Shown here: positions 18,974-28,819 of the stretch, piece by piece
Numbering within the stretch: position 1 is the first letter of the stretch
Layout of the letters: every line of letters begins with the position of its first letter
Source: Candidatus Acidiferrales bacterium
Lineage (GTDB): Bacteria; Acidobacteriota; Terriglobia; Acidiferrales; UBA7541
Assembly (NCBI GenBank): GCA_050747245.1
Contig: JBOGNO010000006.1
Location: forward strand, 26,005 to 90,004
Direction: 5' to 3'
DNA: 64,000 nt
Program-made: the position numbers and the translations under genes
Notes under the pieces: generated by a model
Database searches by the model: none
What the model was told of the DNA's origin: nothing
The model's input: only the letters and a program-made list of their open reading frames with translations

Positions 18974-20158
18974 ATGCCGAGGATCGAGTTCGTTTTCTTT
19001 GACGCCGGGGGAGGGCATCGCGCCGCTGCCACGGCGCTACAATCAGTCATCAGTGCGCAGGGCCGTCCATGGGAAATTCAACTGCTCAATCTTCAGGAAC
19101 TGTTGGATTCAATTGATCCTGTTCGCAAGCTGACGGGGATTCGAGTTCAGGATGTGTACAACCAGATGCTGAGGCGCGGCTGGACGCTGGGGAGCGCCAG
19201 CGTTCTGCGTGTTTTGCACGCTGCCATTCGCGTGGCGCACGAAGCGATGGTGAGGAGGCTGGAAACTTACTGGAAGGAATCGCGCCCGGATATGGCTGTG
19301 TCTCTAGTGCCGAATTTCAATCGCGCGCTGCGAGAAAGCTTTGCGCGCGCATTTCCTTCGCGGCCGTTCGTCACCATCCTCACAGACCTTGCTGACTATC
19401 CACCGCATTTCTGGATCGAGCGTGAAGAGCAGTACTTCATTTGTGGCTCACCGCGAGCGGTTGAACAGGCGCGCGCGATAGGCCACAGGGCGTCGCGCGT
19501 CTTTCAAACGTCGGGGATGATTTTGAATCCCGCATTCTATGAAGACGTACGGCTGGATCGCGCGGCGGAGCGGAACAAGTTGGGATTGGATGCCGATAGG
19601 CGCACCGGGCTGTTGCTATTCGGGGGACACGGATCGAACGTGATGTTGGAAATTGCCCGCCGGCTGGATCGCTCCGGGCTGGATATTCAGCTGATTTTGA
19701 TTTGCGGGAAGAATGATGGCCTGTTTCGGGCTCTACGAGCACAAGAGAGCGGGATGCCGCGATTCGTAGAAGGATTTACGACGCAGATTCCCTTTTACAT
19801 GCGACTTTCGGATTTTTTCATCGGGAAGCCCGGTCCGGGAAGTGTTTCGGAAGCGGTGACAATGGGCCTGCCCGTGGTGGTGGAATGCAACGCGGCCACG
19901 CTCCCGCAGGAGCGTTACAACGCGGCCTGGATCCGGGAAAATGGCGCCGGGATCGTCACGCGGAATTTTCGTGAGGTAGCTTCGGCCGTAAGGCAATTGC
20001 TTGAGCCGCAAAATTTTGAGGAACTTCGTCGAAATGCGCGGGCGTTGCAAAGCCGCGCTGTATTCGAAATTCCCGACATACTGGCGAGCTGCTCTGAGGA
20101 AGCACCAACTGAATCGGCGTGGGCAAAAAAGGCAGGCTCCACGGAGCCTGCCCTTTGA
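18974..20158 (+). CDS. MGDG-synthase-like glycosyltransferase (GT28 family, diacylglycerol glycosyltransferase-like)
   Basis: IEFVFFDAGGGHRAAATAL matches the N-terminal motif of MGDG synthase / UgtP-like GT28 enzymes. The C-terminal half has GKPGPGSVSEA...GLPVV. Confidence 0.65.
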   Translation: MPRIEFVFFDAGGGHRAAATALQSVISAQGRPWEIQLLNLQELLDSIDPVRKLTGIRVQDVYNQMLRRGWTLGSASVLRVLHAAIRVAHEAMVRRLETYWKESRPDMAVSLVPNFNRALRESFARAFPSRPFVTILTDLADYPPHFWIEREEQYFICGSPRAVEQARAIGHRASRVFQTSGMILNPAFYEDVRLDRAAERNKLGLDADRRTGLLLFGGHGSNVMLEIARRLDRSGLDIQLILICGKNDGLFRALRAQESGMPRFVEGFTTQIPFYMRLSDFFIGKPGPGSVSEAVTMGLPVVVECNAATLPQERYNAAWIRENGAGIVTRNFREVASAVRQLLEPQNFEELRRNARALQSRAVFEIPDILASCSEEAPTESAWAKKAGSTEPAL

Positions 20159-20176
20159 TCTCTGAGGGGATGGAGT

Positions 20177-20392
20177 TTACTTTGCCTGCGTCTTCGGCTT
20201 GCGGCCGCGGCGGCGCGGGCGCGCGCCCTTCACGGGATCGCCAATAGTCTCTGCCTGCCAGATGCTGGTTACGAATTTCTTCGTTCCAAAGTCGTCGAAG
20301 TCCACGGTCGTGCGCTCGGTATTCGATTCGCGCACTATGCCGAGCCCATATTGATCGTGCTTGATCTGCTGCCCTTCTTCGAGTATCTGCAC
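20177..20392 (-). CDS. hypothetical small protein (71 aa) with a basic tail
   Basis: The ORF is compact, with a Lys/Arg-rich C-terminus (RPRRRGRKPKTQAK). No family is assigned. Confidence 0.35.
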   Translation of the reverse strand: MQILEEGQQIKHDQYGLGIVRESNTERTTVDFDDFGTKKFVTSIWQAETIGDPVKGARPRRRGRKPKTQAK

Positions 20393-20589
20393 CTCGTTCC
20401 TCCTGATTGTGCGGATTGCTAGTTGTGTGGAGAATTCAATGTCTCGACGACCCCTCTGCTGGAGGAGTCTGCAAGCGACTTCAAGCGCACGATTCGGCCC
20501 GACTGACTGCCGATGTAAGCATTTCTCAGAGAAACCGCGCTACCGAGAACGCTGCCCCGAATCCCAAATCGACCCGGCTGTCCTGCAAA

Positions 20590-20793
20590 TTAGAGGCCGA
20601 CGACGTCGGCTGCTTGTAAACCCTTAGGGCCCTGCTTCACTTCGAACTCCACCGCTTGGCCTTCATTGAGTGACTTGTAGCCTTCCCCTTGGATGGCGGA
20701 AAAGTGCACGAAGACGTCCTCACCGCTCTGGCGCTGGATAAAACCGTAACCTTTGCTGGCATTAAACCACTTGACTGTTCCTTGTTCTCGCAC
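20590..20793 (-). CDS. cold-shock protein (CspA family)
   Basis: A GTG start lies 6 nt after a perfect AAGGAG. The product (M)[18 protein letters not shown]...VFVHFSAI is 67 aa. The long N-terminal extension in the track is not supported. Confidence 0.85.
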   Translation of the reverse strand: MREQGTVKWFNASKGYGFIQRQSGEDVFVHFSAIQGEGYKSLNEGQAVEFEVKQGPKGLQAADVVGL

Positions 20794-21080
20794 CTCTAAC
20801 TCCTTAAGATTGTTAGTCTTTGCATCGCCTCCGCTCCATCTGGCAAGACACGAGGTTGACTTGGTGCATCCCAGCGACCCTTTATCCCAAACATGGAGCG
20901 ACGATAGAAGCGACACACGCAGAGGAATTCTATCAACTCTTTGCCCGGATTTCCACAGGCTTTTTGAACTTGCCGGCAGGTGCCGCGCAGTGAAGAACAC
21001 GGGTCCGGGTGACGCTGCCGAGGGCATTGCAGAATGAGCGGCGAATGGTATCGTTGCCCCACGTGCAGGGAGGTAAACCG

Positions 21081-21824
21081 ATGGGGGATTTGCCACTAGC
21101 AGGGCAGGTCGCGTTGGTAACCGGCGCTGCGAAACGAATCGGCCGGAGTATTGCTCTGCGTCTCGGTGCCGAAGGGGCCGATGTCGTGGTGAATTACTCG
21201 ACCTCTGAACTGGAAGCGGAGCAGGTTGTGAGTGAAATCCGCAAGCTGGGCCAGCGGGCCCGGGCGATTCGCGCAAACGTCTCGCGCGCAGCTGAAGTCG
21301 AAGCCATGTTCGCAGAGGTCGATCGCGAATTCGGACGTCTCGATATCCTGGTGAACAATGCCGGGAAATTTTTCGCCGCGAACTTTCTCGATCTCACCGA
21401 ATCACAGTGGGACGACATCATGGACACAAACCTGAAATCCCAGTTCCTGTGCGCGCAGACTGCGGCACGGATCATGAATCGCTCGATGAAAGTTGGTGTT
21501 CGCGGCCGAATCGTCAATCTCTCTTCGCTTGGCGGCTTGCTCGCATGGCCGAAGTTTACGCACTACTGCGTTTCGAAAGCAGGTGTGATCATGCTCACGC
21601 GATGTCTGGCGCGCGCCCTGGCGCCGGAGATCCTGGTGAACAGCGTCGCGCCGGGAACGATTCAATTTCCCGGTGAATTGCCGGATGAAGATTACATTCA
21701 CCGCGCGCCGCTTGGACGCACAGGCACGGGCGAAGACATTGCGGAGGCGGTGCTATTTTTCGTGAAAACGGAATTTGTGACCGGCCAGGTGCTCGCCGTA
21801 GATGGCGGCCGAATGCTCACCTGA
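21081..21824 (+). CDS. SDR family oxidoreductase
   Basis: GGGAGGT lies 7 nt before the ATG. It has the TGAAKRIG Rossmann motif, NNAG and the catalytic S...Y..SK signature. Confidence 0.8.
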   Translation: MGDLPLAGQVALVTGAAKRIGRSIALRLGAEGADVVVNYSTSELEAEQVVSEIRKLGQRARAIRANVSRAAEVEAMFAEVDREFGRLDILVNNAGKFFAANFLDLTESQWDDIMDTNLKSQFLCAQTAARIMNRSMKVGVRGRIVNLSSLGGLLAWPKFTHYCVSKAGVIMLTRCLARALAPEILVNSVAPGTIQFPGELPDEDYIHRAPLGRTGTGEDIAEAVLFFVKTEFVTGQVLAVDGGRMLT

Positions 21825-21838
21825 TTGGCAGGTGCGAA

Positions 21839-22825
21839 CTAATAGGCGGCGAGCTGCTCCATGGCGGCGACGACTTTCTCGGTGTTGACGAGCCAGGCCT
21901 TCTCCAGCGTGGGACAGAATGCAATCGCCGGGGCATCGGGCGCAGCGACGCGCATCACCGGCCCGTCGAGATCGTCAAAGACCTCTTCGCTCACAATTGC
22001 GGCAATTTCTGCGCCGATTCCCATGGTTTTCTTGTCTTCGTGGACGATGAGGCATTTGTTGGTTTTACGGACAGAGTCGAGCACCGTCTTCTTGTCGAGA
22101 GGATTGAGCGTCCGCAGGTCAATGACCTCGGCTTCGATGCCATTCTGAGCCATCTTCCCGGCTGCTTCGAGTGCCACGTGAACCATATAGCCGTACGTGA
22201 TGATGCTCAAGTCGCGGCCCTCGCGGCGCACGGCGGCCAGACCGAGTGGCACGGTGTAATCGCCTTCGGGAACTTCACCCTTTATCGTGCGGTAGAGTTT
22301 TTTGTGCTCAAAATAGAGGACGGGGTTTGGGTCGCGGATGGCCGCGAGCAACATGCCCTTGGCATCGTAGGGAGTCGCGGGCATCACGACTTTCAAGCCC
22401 GGCTCGTGAACGAACCATGCGGCGTTTTCCTGCGAGTGATAGAGTCCGCCGTTCACGCCGCCGCCGCAACAAATTCTCACCGTCATTGGACAAGAAAACC
22501 CACCCGCACTGCGATACCGAAGCTTGGACGCTTGCTGTACGATGCTTTCCATTCCCGGCGTGATGAAGTCGGCGAACTGGATCTCCGGCACGGGCCGCCA
22601 TCCCACCATCGAGGCACCGACGGCAGAGGCGATGATATTATTTTCCGCGAGCGGAGTATCCAGCACGCGTTCCTCGCCAAATTTTTCCCACAACCCCGCT
22701 GTGGCTTTAAAAACTCCACCAGATACACCGATGTCTTCGCCCATGATAAAGACCCGCTCATCGCGGCTCATCTCCTGGTGAAGTCCTTCGTTGATTGCGT
22801 CTATGAAGCTCAGCGTGCGTGCCAT
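21839..22825 (-). CDS. 2-oxoacid dehydrogenase E1 component, beta subunit (transketolase-like)
   Basis: RVFIMGEDIG...DTPLAENNI and the C-terminal transketolase domain are present. Confidence 0.9.
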   Translation of the reverse strand: MARTLSFIDAINEGLHQEMSRDERVFIMGEDIGVSGGVFKATAGLWEKFGEERVLDTPLAENNIIASAVGASMVGWRPVPEIQFADFITPGMESIVQQASKLRYRSAGGFSCPMTVRICCGGGVNGGLYHSQENAAWFVHEPGLKVVMPATPYDAKGMLLAAIRDPNPVLYFEHKKLYRTIKGEVPEGDYTVPLGLAAVRREGRDLSIITYGYMVHVALEAAGKMAQNGIEAEVIDLRTLNPLDKKTVLDSVRKTNKCLIVHEDKKTMGIGAEIAAIVSEEVFDDLDGPVMRVAAPDAPAIAFCPTLEKAWLVNTEKVVAAMEQLAAY

Positions 22826-22916
22826 ATGAAGTTTTGCCTTTCCTTGGGGGCCCAGTATCTATGAGCCGATTTGTTGTTCCGTCAGAATGCTCGCAGAATT
22901 GCGATGGTGCCCGGCT

Positions 22917-23927
22917 CTACCCCCAAACGTGCTCCATCAGCTCGGATGCCTCGGGATAGGGGCTCTGCTCCGCAAATTCCACGGCGTCGTTGATCTCTTG
23001 CGTAATCTCTGCAATGATTTCCGTTTTTATTGTGTCGGCGAAAATTTTCTTCTCGGTCAAGAGCTTCTCGAACCGCGGGATAGGATCTTTCTTCTTCCAC
23101 GATTCGAGCTCTTCTTTGGTGCGGTACTTTGCGGGGTCAATTTCGGAGTGGCCGTACCAACGATACGTCTTACATTCGAGGAAGGTCGGGCCTTCGCCCG
23201 CGCGCGCGCGTTCGATCGCTTTTGTCGCGGCTTCATAAACAGCCAGCATATCGTTGCCGTCCACAATCACACCCGGGAACCCGTAAGCTTTCGCGCGGTC
23301 GGCCAGGTCTTTGAGTGCCGTCTGCAGGCGCAGTGGCACGGACTCCGCCCAGAGATTATTCTGGCAGACATAGATGATGGGCAGCCGATGCACGCCTGCG
23401 AAATTCAGGGCTTCATGGAAGCCGCCGATACTGGTGGCGCCATCCCCGAAAAATGAGACGACCACACTATCCTTGCCGAGTTTTTTCAATCCCAGCGCGA
23501 CCCCAGTGCCGACGGCGAGCTGTCCTGCGATGCTGCTGGCGGGAGTGATGACATTGAGCGGCGGATAGCCCATGTGAGCGGGGGAAGAGCGCCCGCGGTC
23601 GGGGCTGGTGGACTTGGCAAAGAGCTGCGCGAAGCAATACTTGAGCGGGGCGCCCTTGATAATGTTCGCGGTCCAGTCGCGGTGCGAAGGGGCGATCCAA
23701 TCCTCCTGCTTCAGCGCGTACGCTGCCCCCACTTCGGTAGCCTCTTGGCCCACTCCGGAATAAAAATTTCCTGCGAACTTGCTTTGCCGAAACAGCACGC
23801 GGGCTTTCTCGTCGCACATACGGCATTTGACGAGCATGCGGTAAAGTCCGAGGAGCAGCTCGCGGGAATATTCCGAAGACTCCTCATCGGGCTCCACAAG
23901 CGCCCGGCTCACCTTCGTTGCCATCAT
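22917..23927 (-). CDS. 2-oxoacid dehydrogenase E1 component, alpha subunit (TPP-dependent)
   Basis: It carries the TPP-binding GDGATSIGGFHEALNFA motif, then YVCQNN and YRWYGHS. Confidence 0.9.
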   Translation of the reverse strand: MMATKVSRALVEPDEESSEYSRELLLGLYRMLVKCRMCDEKARVLFRQSKFAGNFYSGVGQEATEVGAAYALKQEDWIAPSHRDWTANIIKGAPLKYCFAQLFAKSTSPDRGRSSPAHMGYPPLNVITPASSIAGQLAVGTGVALGLKKLGKDSVVVSFFGDGATSIGGFHEALNFAGVHRLPIIYVCQNNLWAESVPLRLQTALKDLADRAKAYGFPGVIVDGNDMLAVYEAATKAIERARAGEGPTFLECKTYRWYGHSEIDPAKYRTKEELESWKKKDPIPRFEKLLTEKKIFADTIKTEIIAEITQEINDAVEFAEQSPYPEASELMEHVWG

Positions 23928-24041
23928 TTCTCCTGATTGCGCGGTGGCGCGTATGAATTTATCGCTCGAATAAATATACCACGAATTGCGGCCGCCAACG
24001 CTGCGGGATCCGTGGATTCGGAACAGGCAACAGCGAATGTC

Positions 24042-24482
24042 TCACAATTTGAGACGTATTTCCCCGCGAGCGAGTTTCTCCACCAGATCACGGTCCGCCG
24101 CGAGAAAATCGTACGATGGCAGCACCGAGGGATCGGCCCATGCAAATTGTTCGAATGCCAGGTTGCGAGGTTCGCCGGCTTCGATGCGTGCTTCGAAGAA
24201 GAGCAACTCGATCTCCTGAGACATTTGTGAGTAGCCGTGGCGTGTGCGGTGCACTTCGCGCCCGATGGTGGATTCGACTCCCAGTTCTTCGCGGAGTTCG
24301 CGCCGCAGGGCTTCGTCGGGCGCTTCGTCCGCTCGCACTTTGCCACCGGGGAATTCCCAGGCAAGTCCAAAGATGTCCCCACGGCGGCGCTGACAGATGA
24401 GAATCTTCCCATCGCGTGCAATGAGGGCCGCGACGACGAGAATATGCTTCGGTTTCAGGCGACGTGATGTGGTTGCGCCCAC
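24042..24482 (-). CDS. NUDIX hydrolase (MutT-like)
   Basis: The Nudix box is GGKVRADEAPDEALRRELREELGV. Confidence 0.8.
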   Translation of the reverse strand: MGATTSRRLKPKHILVVAALIARDGKILICQRRRGDIFGLAWEFPGGKVRADEAPDEALRRELREELGVESTIGREVHRTRHGYSQMSQEIELLFFEARIEAGEPRNLAFEQFAWADPSVLPSYDFLAADRDLVEKLARGEIRLKL

Positions 24483-24483
24483 T

Positions 24484-25257
24484 TCAGTTTTCTTCGTGCA
24501 GAACGCGAAACAGAGCCTCGGCGCCCTTCTCGAGCGGCGGCCCGGGCGTATTTAGCAATTCGTCGCTGATCACGAATACGCGCCGGTTGCGAATCGCCGG
24601 CAGTTCCTGCCATTTTCGATTCTGCAGAACGCTCGAAGGTTTCGCCTTTTTCCCCGTGGCTGTCCAGGCCAGGACAATCACGTCCGGTTTGCCGCGCGCA
24701 ACCTCCTCGTCGCTGACTTTCGCGCCGGCGGGCTCAATGAATTCTCCGCCGGCAATCTTGACCAGCTCTTTTACCCACGGCGGCGAACTGATGCGCGGAC
24801 TTGGCCAAGCTTCGCAATAAACGCGCGGTCGCGAGCGCTTGTTGTTGGCGTGCCGCGAAATCTCCTCAAATGTGCCCTTCATTCGCCGTATCAGTTTTTC
24901 GGCGCTAGCCTGTCGCTGTGTCAGGCTTCCTAGAAGCCAAATGTCTGAGTAGATATCAGCGAGCGATCGAGGGTTGAGAGCGAGAAATTTCCAGGGATGC
25001 AGAAGGATCTGCGAAACTGCGTCCGATGCAAACGGCACGGAACCCACCACTAATTCCGGATGCAGTCTTTCGAGCGGCTTCAAATCGATTCGCCAGCAAT
25101 CGCCGAGCTTTGGCAAGCCTCGCACGTCGGCGACCTCGGAGCACCAGCGGCTCACACCCACGAGTTGTCGCTTCGCCCCGATGGCCACGAGTATGGAAGT
25201 CGCGTTCGGGGCAAGCGACGCGATTTTCAGTCGCAATCCGTGCTTCGGGCGATTCAT
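24484..25257 (-). CDS. periplasmic binding protein, cobalamin/siderophore type (BtuF/TroA-like)
   Basis: The Peripla_BP_2-like layout reads ASLAPNATSILVAIGA...LVG and has the PD(V/L)I pattern. No cognate permease or ATPase is adjacent. Confidence 0.65.
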   Translation of the reverse strand: MNRPKHGLRLKIASLAPNATSILVAIGAKRQLVGVSRWCSEVADVRGLPKLGDCWRIDLKPLERLHPELVVGSVPFASDAVSQILLHPWKFLALNPRSLADIYSDIWLLGSLTQRQASAEKLIRRMKGTFEEISRHANNKRSRPRVYCEAWPSPRISSPPWVKELVKIAGGEFIEPAGAKVSDEEVARGKPDVIVLAWTATGKKAKPSSVLQNRKWQELPAIRNRRVFVISDELLNTPGPPLEKGAEALFRVLHEEN

Positions 25258-25332
25258 GCAACAGCTATTCTATCGCGCTGAACGCGGCAAGTCTCCGCCG
25301 CGTTCACCTGGGAGATTTGGCCGGCCGAGATC

Positions 25333-27435
25333 TCAAATCACTGACTCGGCTTCCACCACGCGACTTCTCCCTTCACTCTTGGCGCGATAGAGTGCGGCAT
25401 CGGCGGTGCGCAGAAGTCCTTGGGGAGAATCTGCGTGAATTGGATAATTCGCCACACCGGCAGAGAAGGAAATCGGCCCAAGCATCTGGCCCTCATAGTG
25501 CAGAATCATGTGCCGACAGAGTTCGCTCAATTCCGCCACACGCCGCAGGGCGATATCGACATTCGCCTCTGGAAGAATAAGCGCGAATTCCTCTCCCCCG
25601 TAGCGGCAGGCGATATCTTCTCCCCGAACGTGCTTTCGCAGGGTCTGCCCCAGCTCGCGCAGCACGAAATCTCCCGCGTCATGTCCGAACGAATCGTTGA
25701 AGGTCTTGAATTGATCGAGATCGAGAAGGATGGCGCTCAGCGGGTGCTTGCCCCTGGCCGCGCGGTAGATTTCGCGTTCCAACGATTCTTCCATGTATCT
25801 GCGGTTATAGAGCCCCGTCAGCGGATCCAATATGGATTGAGTCCGGAGTTTTTCGCGCAGCTCGAGATTTGCAAGCGCGAGCGAGACGCCCTGGGCTATT
25901 TCTGCCGCAAGATCCTGGACAATCTTTTCATCGTCAGCGTTGCGCGGGATTTCGTCCTCCGCAGCATCATTTTCGAGCAACATTACGCCGAGTGTTTCTC
26001 CTTGCGCGGAAACTGGAATGCACGCGGCGGTTCCCTCGAAGACGCCCAAATGGCGGCAGCGCGATGCAGGTTCCGAAGGGCGGCTGAGATGCACGTGTCC
26101 GCGCCGCAACGCCCAACAGTCCCGCAGCGAGAAGACCGGTTCGGTTGTGGGATGGGAACCCCATTTCATGACTGTCTGTACCGCGCTTCTTGACGCCGTG
26201 ATAATCGCAAGTGCCCCCGACCTGCCCGGGAAGATTGTTTCGAAAGATTTGCCGATGATCGGGTAGGCTTCCTCGGATGATTGGCAGGACTGGATCATTT
26301 CGATCAGTTCGCCTTTATGTTTGAGTTCTTCGGCGCGCTTCTTCGCCTCTTCGAACATGCCGGCGAGGTATTCCTGTGCGATCTTCACCCTCTCGGAAGC
26401 TTGAAACTGCTCAGTGACGTCGCGGAAGGCGAGCACGGCGCCACGGAGTTTGCCCCCGAGTCCCAACAGGGGCCGCGCCGAAGCATTGACCAAGATTCCC
26501 TGTGGTTGACGGGGCCCGCGGATGAGCAGCTGAACATTCTCAACCGAGTCTCCCCGTAACGCCCGTGCCAATGGAAGATCATCGGACGAGATTTCTGTCC
26601 TTCCGTGGGGCTGACAAATGCAGAAATCTTTGGGCCACTTCCTGTACGAGCAGCCCAGTGCTCCAGTTCCCAAAATCGCTTCCGCTGCGGGGCTCAGATG
26701 CTGGAACCGGCCGTTTTCGTCGCAGACCACGACTCCATCTCCCATGCCGGATAGAATGGCTCGAAAAGTTTCCGTTTCCTCATGCAATCGCGTCTCCGCC
26801 GCGATTCTTTCTTCGAGTTCGCGTTGCCCTGAGTGGCTGGCCGCGCCAAATAGGAGAATCGCGAGCGCCGTTCCAACGGCGAGCACGATAGTCGTGTTGC
26901 GCGCCGTTGCTTTAGTGCTTGCTTCACTTCGTGCAAGCAGATCTTCATCCTCGTTTTCCATCTCCTTGAAGATGTCTTGTGTACGGACCTGGAATTCATC
27001 ACGCCCCCGAAGTGCTTCGGCTCTGGCGGAAATCGCGACTCCTGTGATCCCTCGTGACCCCTTTAGGGCGTTTACGCGTTCTCGTAATAGCGCTTCAATC
27101 TCAGCGGCATGTCGTTGCTGACCTGGATTTTCCTGGGATAGCATGCCGATCTCAGTCACTTCGGCAACCGTTTGATCGAATTCGATTTGAGCTGCCCGCT
27201 GCGAAGAATCGTCACCATTCACCAGGAAGAGCTCGGCAGCCGACTCGGCCGCACCAAGATGGGCCTGAACCCTTGCAAGCCTGACTTGTACCTGCCGTGC
27301 GTACGACACCCGCGCTGCGGCGTCATCGGCCCGCAGTTTGCTCAGGATGGACGCATAACCTGTGATTCCTAGAAGCAGAAGTCCGGTCAGCAGTCCTGCG
27401 AGCCGGAACCGCGCACGCCGGTTATCCGATTTCAT
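25333..27435 (-). CDS. diguanylate cyclase with an N-terminal TM/CHASE3-like sensor and PAS and GAF domains
   Basis: The C-terminal GGDEF domain includes RYGGEEF. A periplasmic helical sensor between two TM segments is followed by PAS-like and GAF-like regions. Confidence 0.85.
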   Translation of the reverse strand: MKSDNRRARFRLAGLLTGLLLLGITGYASILSKLRADDAAARVSYARQVQVRLARVQAHLGAAESAAELFLVNGDDSSQRAAQIEFDQTVAEVTEIGMLSQENPGQQRHAAEIEALLRERVNALKGSRGITGVAISARAEALRGRDEFQVRTQDIFKEMENEDEDLLARSEASTKATARNTTIVLAVGTALAILLFGAASHSGQRELEERIAAETRLHEETETFRAILSGMGDGVVVCDENGRFQHLSPAAEAILGTGALGCSYRKWPKDFCICQPHGRTEISSDDLPLARALRGDSVENVQLLIRGPRQPQGILVNASARPLLGLGGKLRGAVLAFRDVTEQFQASERVKIAQEYLAGMFEEAKKRAEELKHKGELIEMIQSCQSSEEAYPIIGKSFETIFPGRSGALAIITASRSAVQTVMKWGSHPTTEPVFSLRDCWALRRGHVHLSRPSEPASRCRHLGVFEGTAACIPVSAQGETLGVMLLENDAAEDEIPRNADDEKIVQDLAAEIAQGVSLALANLELREKLRTQSILDPLTGLYNRRYMEESLEREIYRAARGKHPLSAILLDLDQFKTFNDSFGHDAGDFVLRELGQTLRKHVRGEDIACRYGGEEFALILPEANVDIALRRVAELSELCRHMILHYEGQMLGPISFSAGVANYPIHADSPQGLLRTADAALYRAKSEGRSRVVEAESVI

Positions 27436-27708
27436 TCGGGTTTTCTCCGCAAGGCAGCGCTCGCCCATCAATCCGGCCTATTCTCCGGATCGTATGAACG
27501 ATTGCGGGCCGCCTCTTCCAATGATTCCAAAATTCGATTGCTTGCTTTGGAAACGCTTACTGGAACGGGTCAGGAGGGGTAGTTGTACACAAGAAAGAAT
27601 TGAACCCGTTCTAATAACCATTCTTTGACTGCTGTTCAACCATGTCAATGCCTTCATGCCGTATCAGTACCGAGCGGGGGTTCAAGAGCGGGTTTTGCAA
27701 GCGGGTCG

Positions 27709-28745
27709 CTAGGTGCGGATGCCCTCGATAACGCAGGACATCACTTGCGTGGGTATGACGCGCGCCAGCTGAAAACCACAGGCCGCGAGAAGGCTCCGGA
27801 ACTCGGCTTCGGTGCGTTGGCGCCCCCCGGTAAGGACAAGCATATTCACATCGTCTGTCGTGGCCGAACGGCTTGCCGGTGATTGGTCAATTCGCTCCGG
27901 ATAAATACCTTCCACGATGAGCAGCTTGCGGCCGGGCGACATAGCTCGATGGCAGTTGTGAAGAATGGTTGCTGACCTCGTGTCATCCCAATCGTGAATC
28001 ACATGCTTGATGATGTAGACGTCTCCTCCCGTGGGCACGGACACAAAAAAATCTCCCGCCATGAATTCGCATCTGCCTTTGACTCCGGCGGCTTCGAATT
28101 GCCTTTCTGCTGCGCTGGTCAGGCGAGGTAGGTCAAAGACCACGCCGCGGAGTTGGGGTGGGCCTTCAGGATTCCGCTCAAGAGAGTGCCGTTGCCGCCG
28201 CCGATATCTACGATTACCTCCATTCCCGAGAAGTCGTAAGCTCGCGAAACGGCTCCGGCCATTTGCGAAGTGAACCCGGACATTGCTGCGTCGAACTGCG
28301 TGCCTTCTTCGGCATGCTTTTCGAAGTATGCAAAGCTATCCATGCCGAATACGTGTTGAATGGCGGGCTCGCCGGTGAGAACGCTGTGCAGGAGGTCGCC
28401 CCAAGACCGCTGCACCAGCTCGCCTGTCAGAAGCAGCACAGAGCTACGCATTGCTGAGGATTGCAGGCACTCCCCAACCGGCGTCAGCGCAAACCGCCCA
28501 TCTTCCAGTTCGGAGAAAACACCCACGCTAGCGAGCAAGCGCAGCACCCTCGCGAGCGACTCCACATGTGCGTGCGAGAGAGTGGCAATTTCATTCGCCG
28601 TGCGCGGCCCATCCTTGAGAGCGTCGGCAATCCCGAGCTTTGCGGCGACAAAGAGTGCGTTCGAGATGAAGTGGCCCGTCGCCAGTTGGATGAGGAACGA
28701 TGACGGCGGAGGGGCGGGCGGAATTGACTTCTCTTGAGTTGCCAT
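27709..28745 (-). pseudogene. COMT-type SAM-dependent O-methyltransferase, disrupted by a 1-nt frameshift in a G4/C4 homopolymer
   Basis: ORF 28119..28745 encodes the dimerisation domain and the SAM motif (VDIGGGNGTLLSGILKAHPN). ORF 27709..28143 continues in another frame with VFDLPRLTS...RCEFMAGDFF...GDVYIIKHVIHDWDD. Adding one C at CACCCCAAC (plus-strand GGGG at 28155-28158) restores AHPQLRGVVFDLP. Confidence 0.6.
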
Positions 28746-28819
28746 ATTCGATTTCCTCCGTACGATGGCGACAATTCTCGAATTCGCTCGCTAGATTTGC
28801 CATCTAGAAAGCAAGAATC

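Noticed and set aside
20794-21276. Long N-terminal extension (228 aa) of the cold-shock protein ORF
   Set aside because: The extension is low-complexity with no start context. A GTG with a perfect SD gives the canonical 67 aa Csp.
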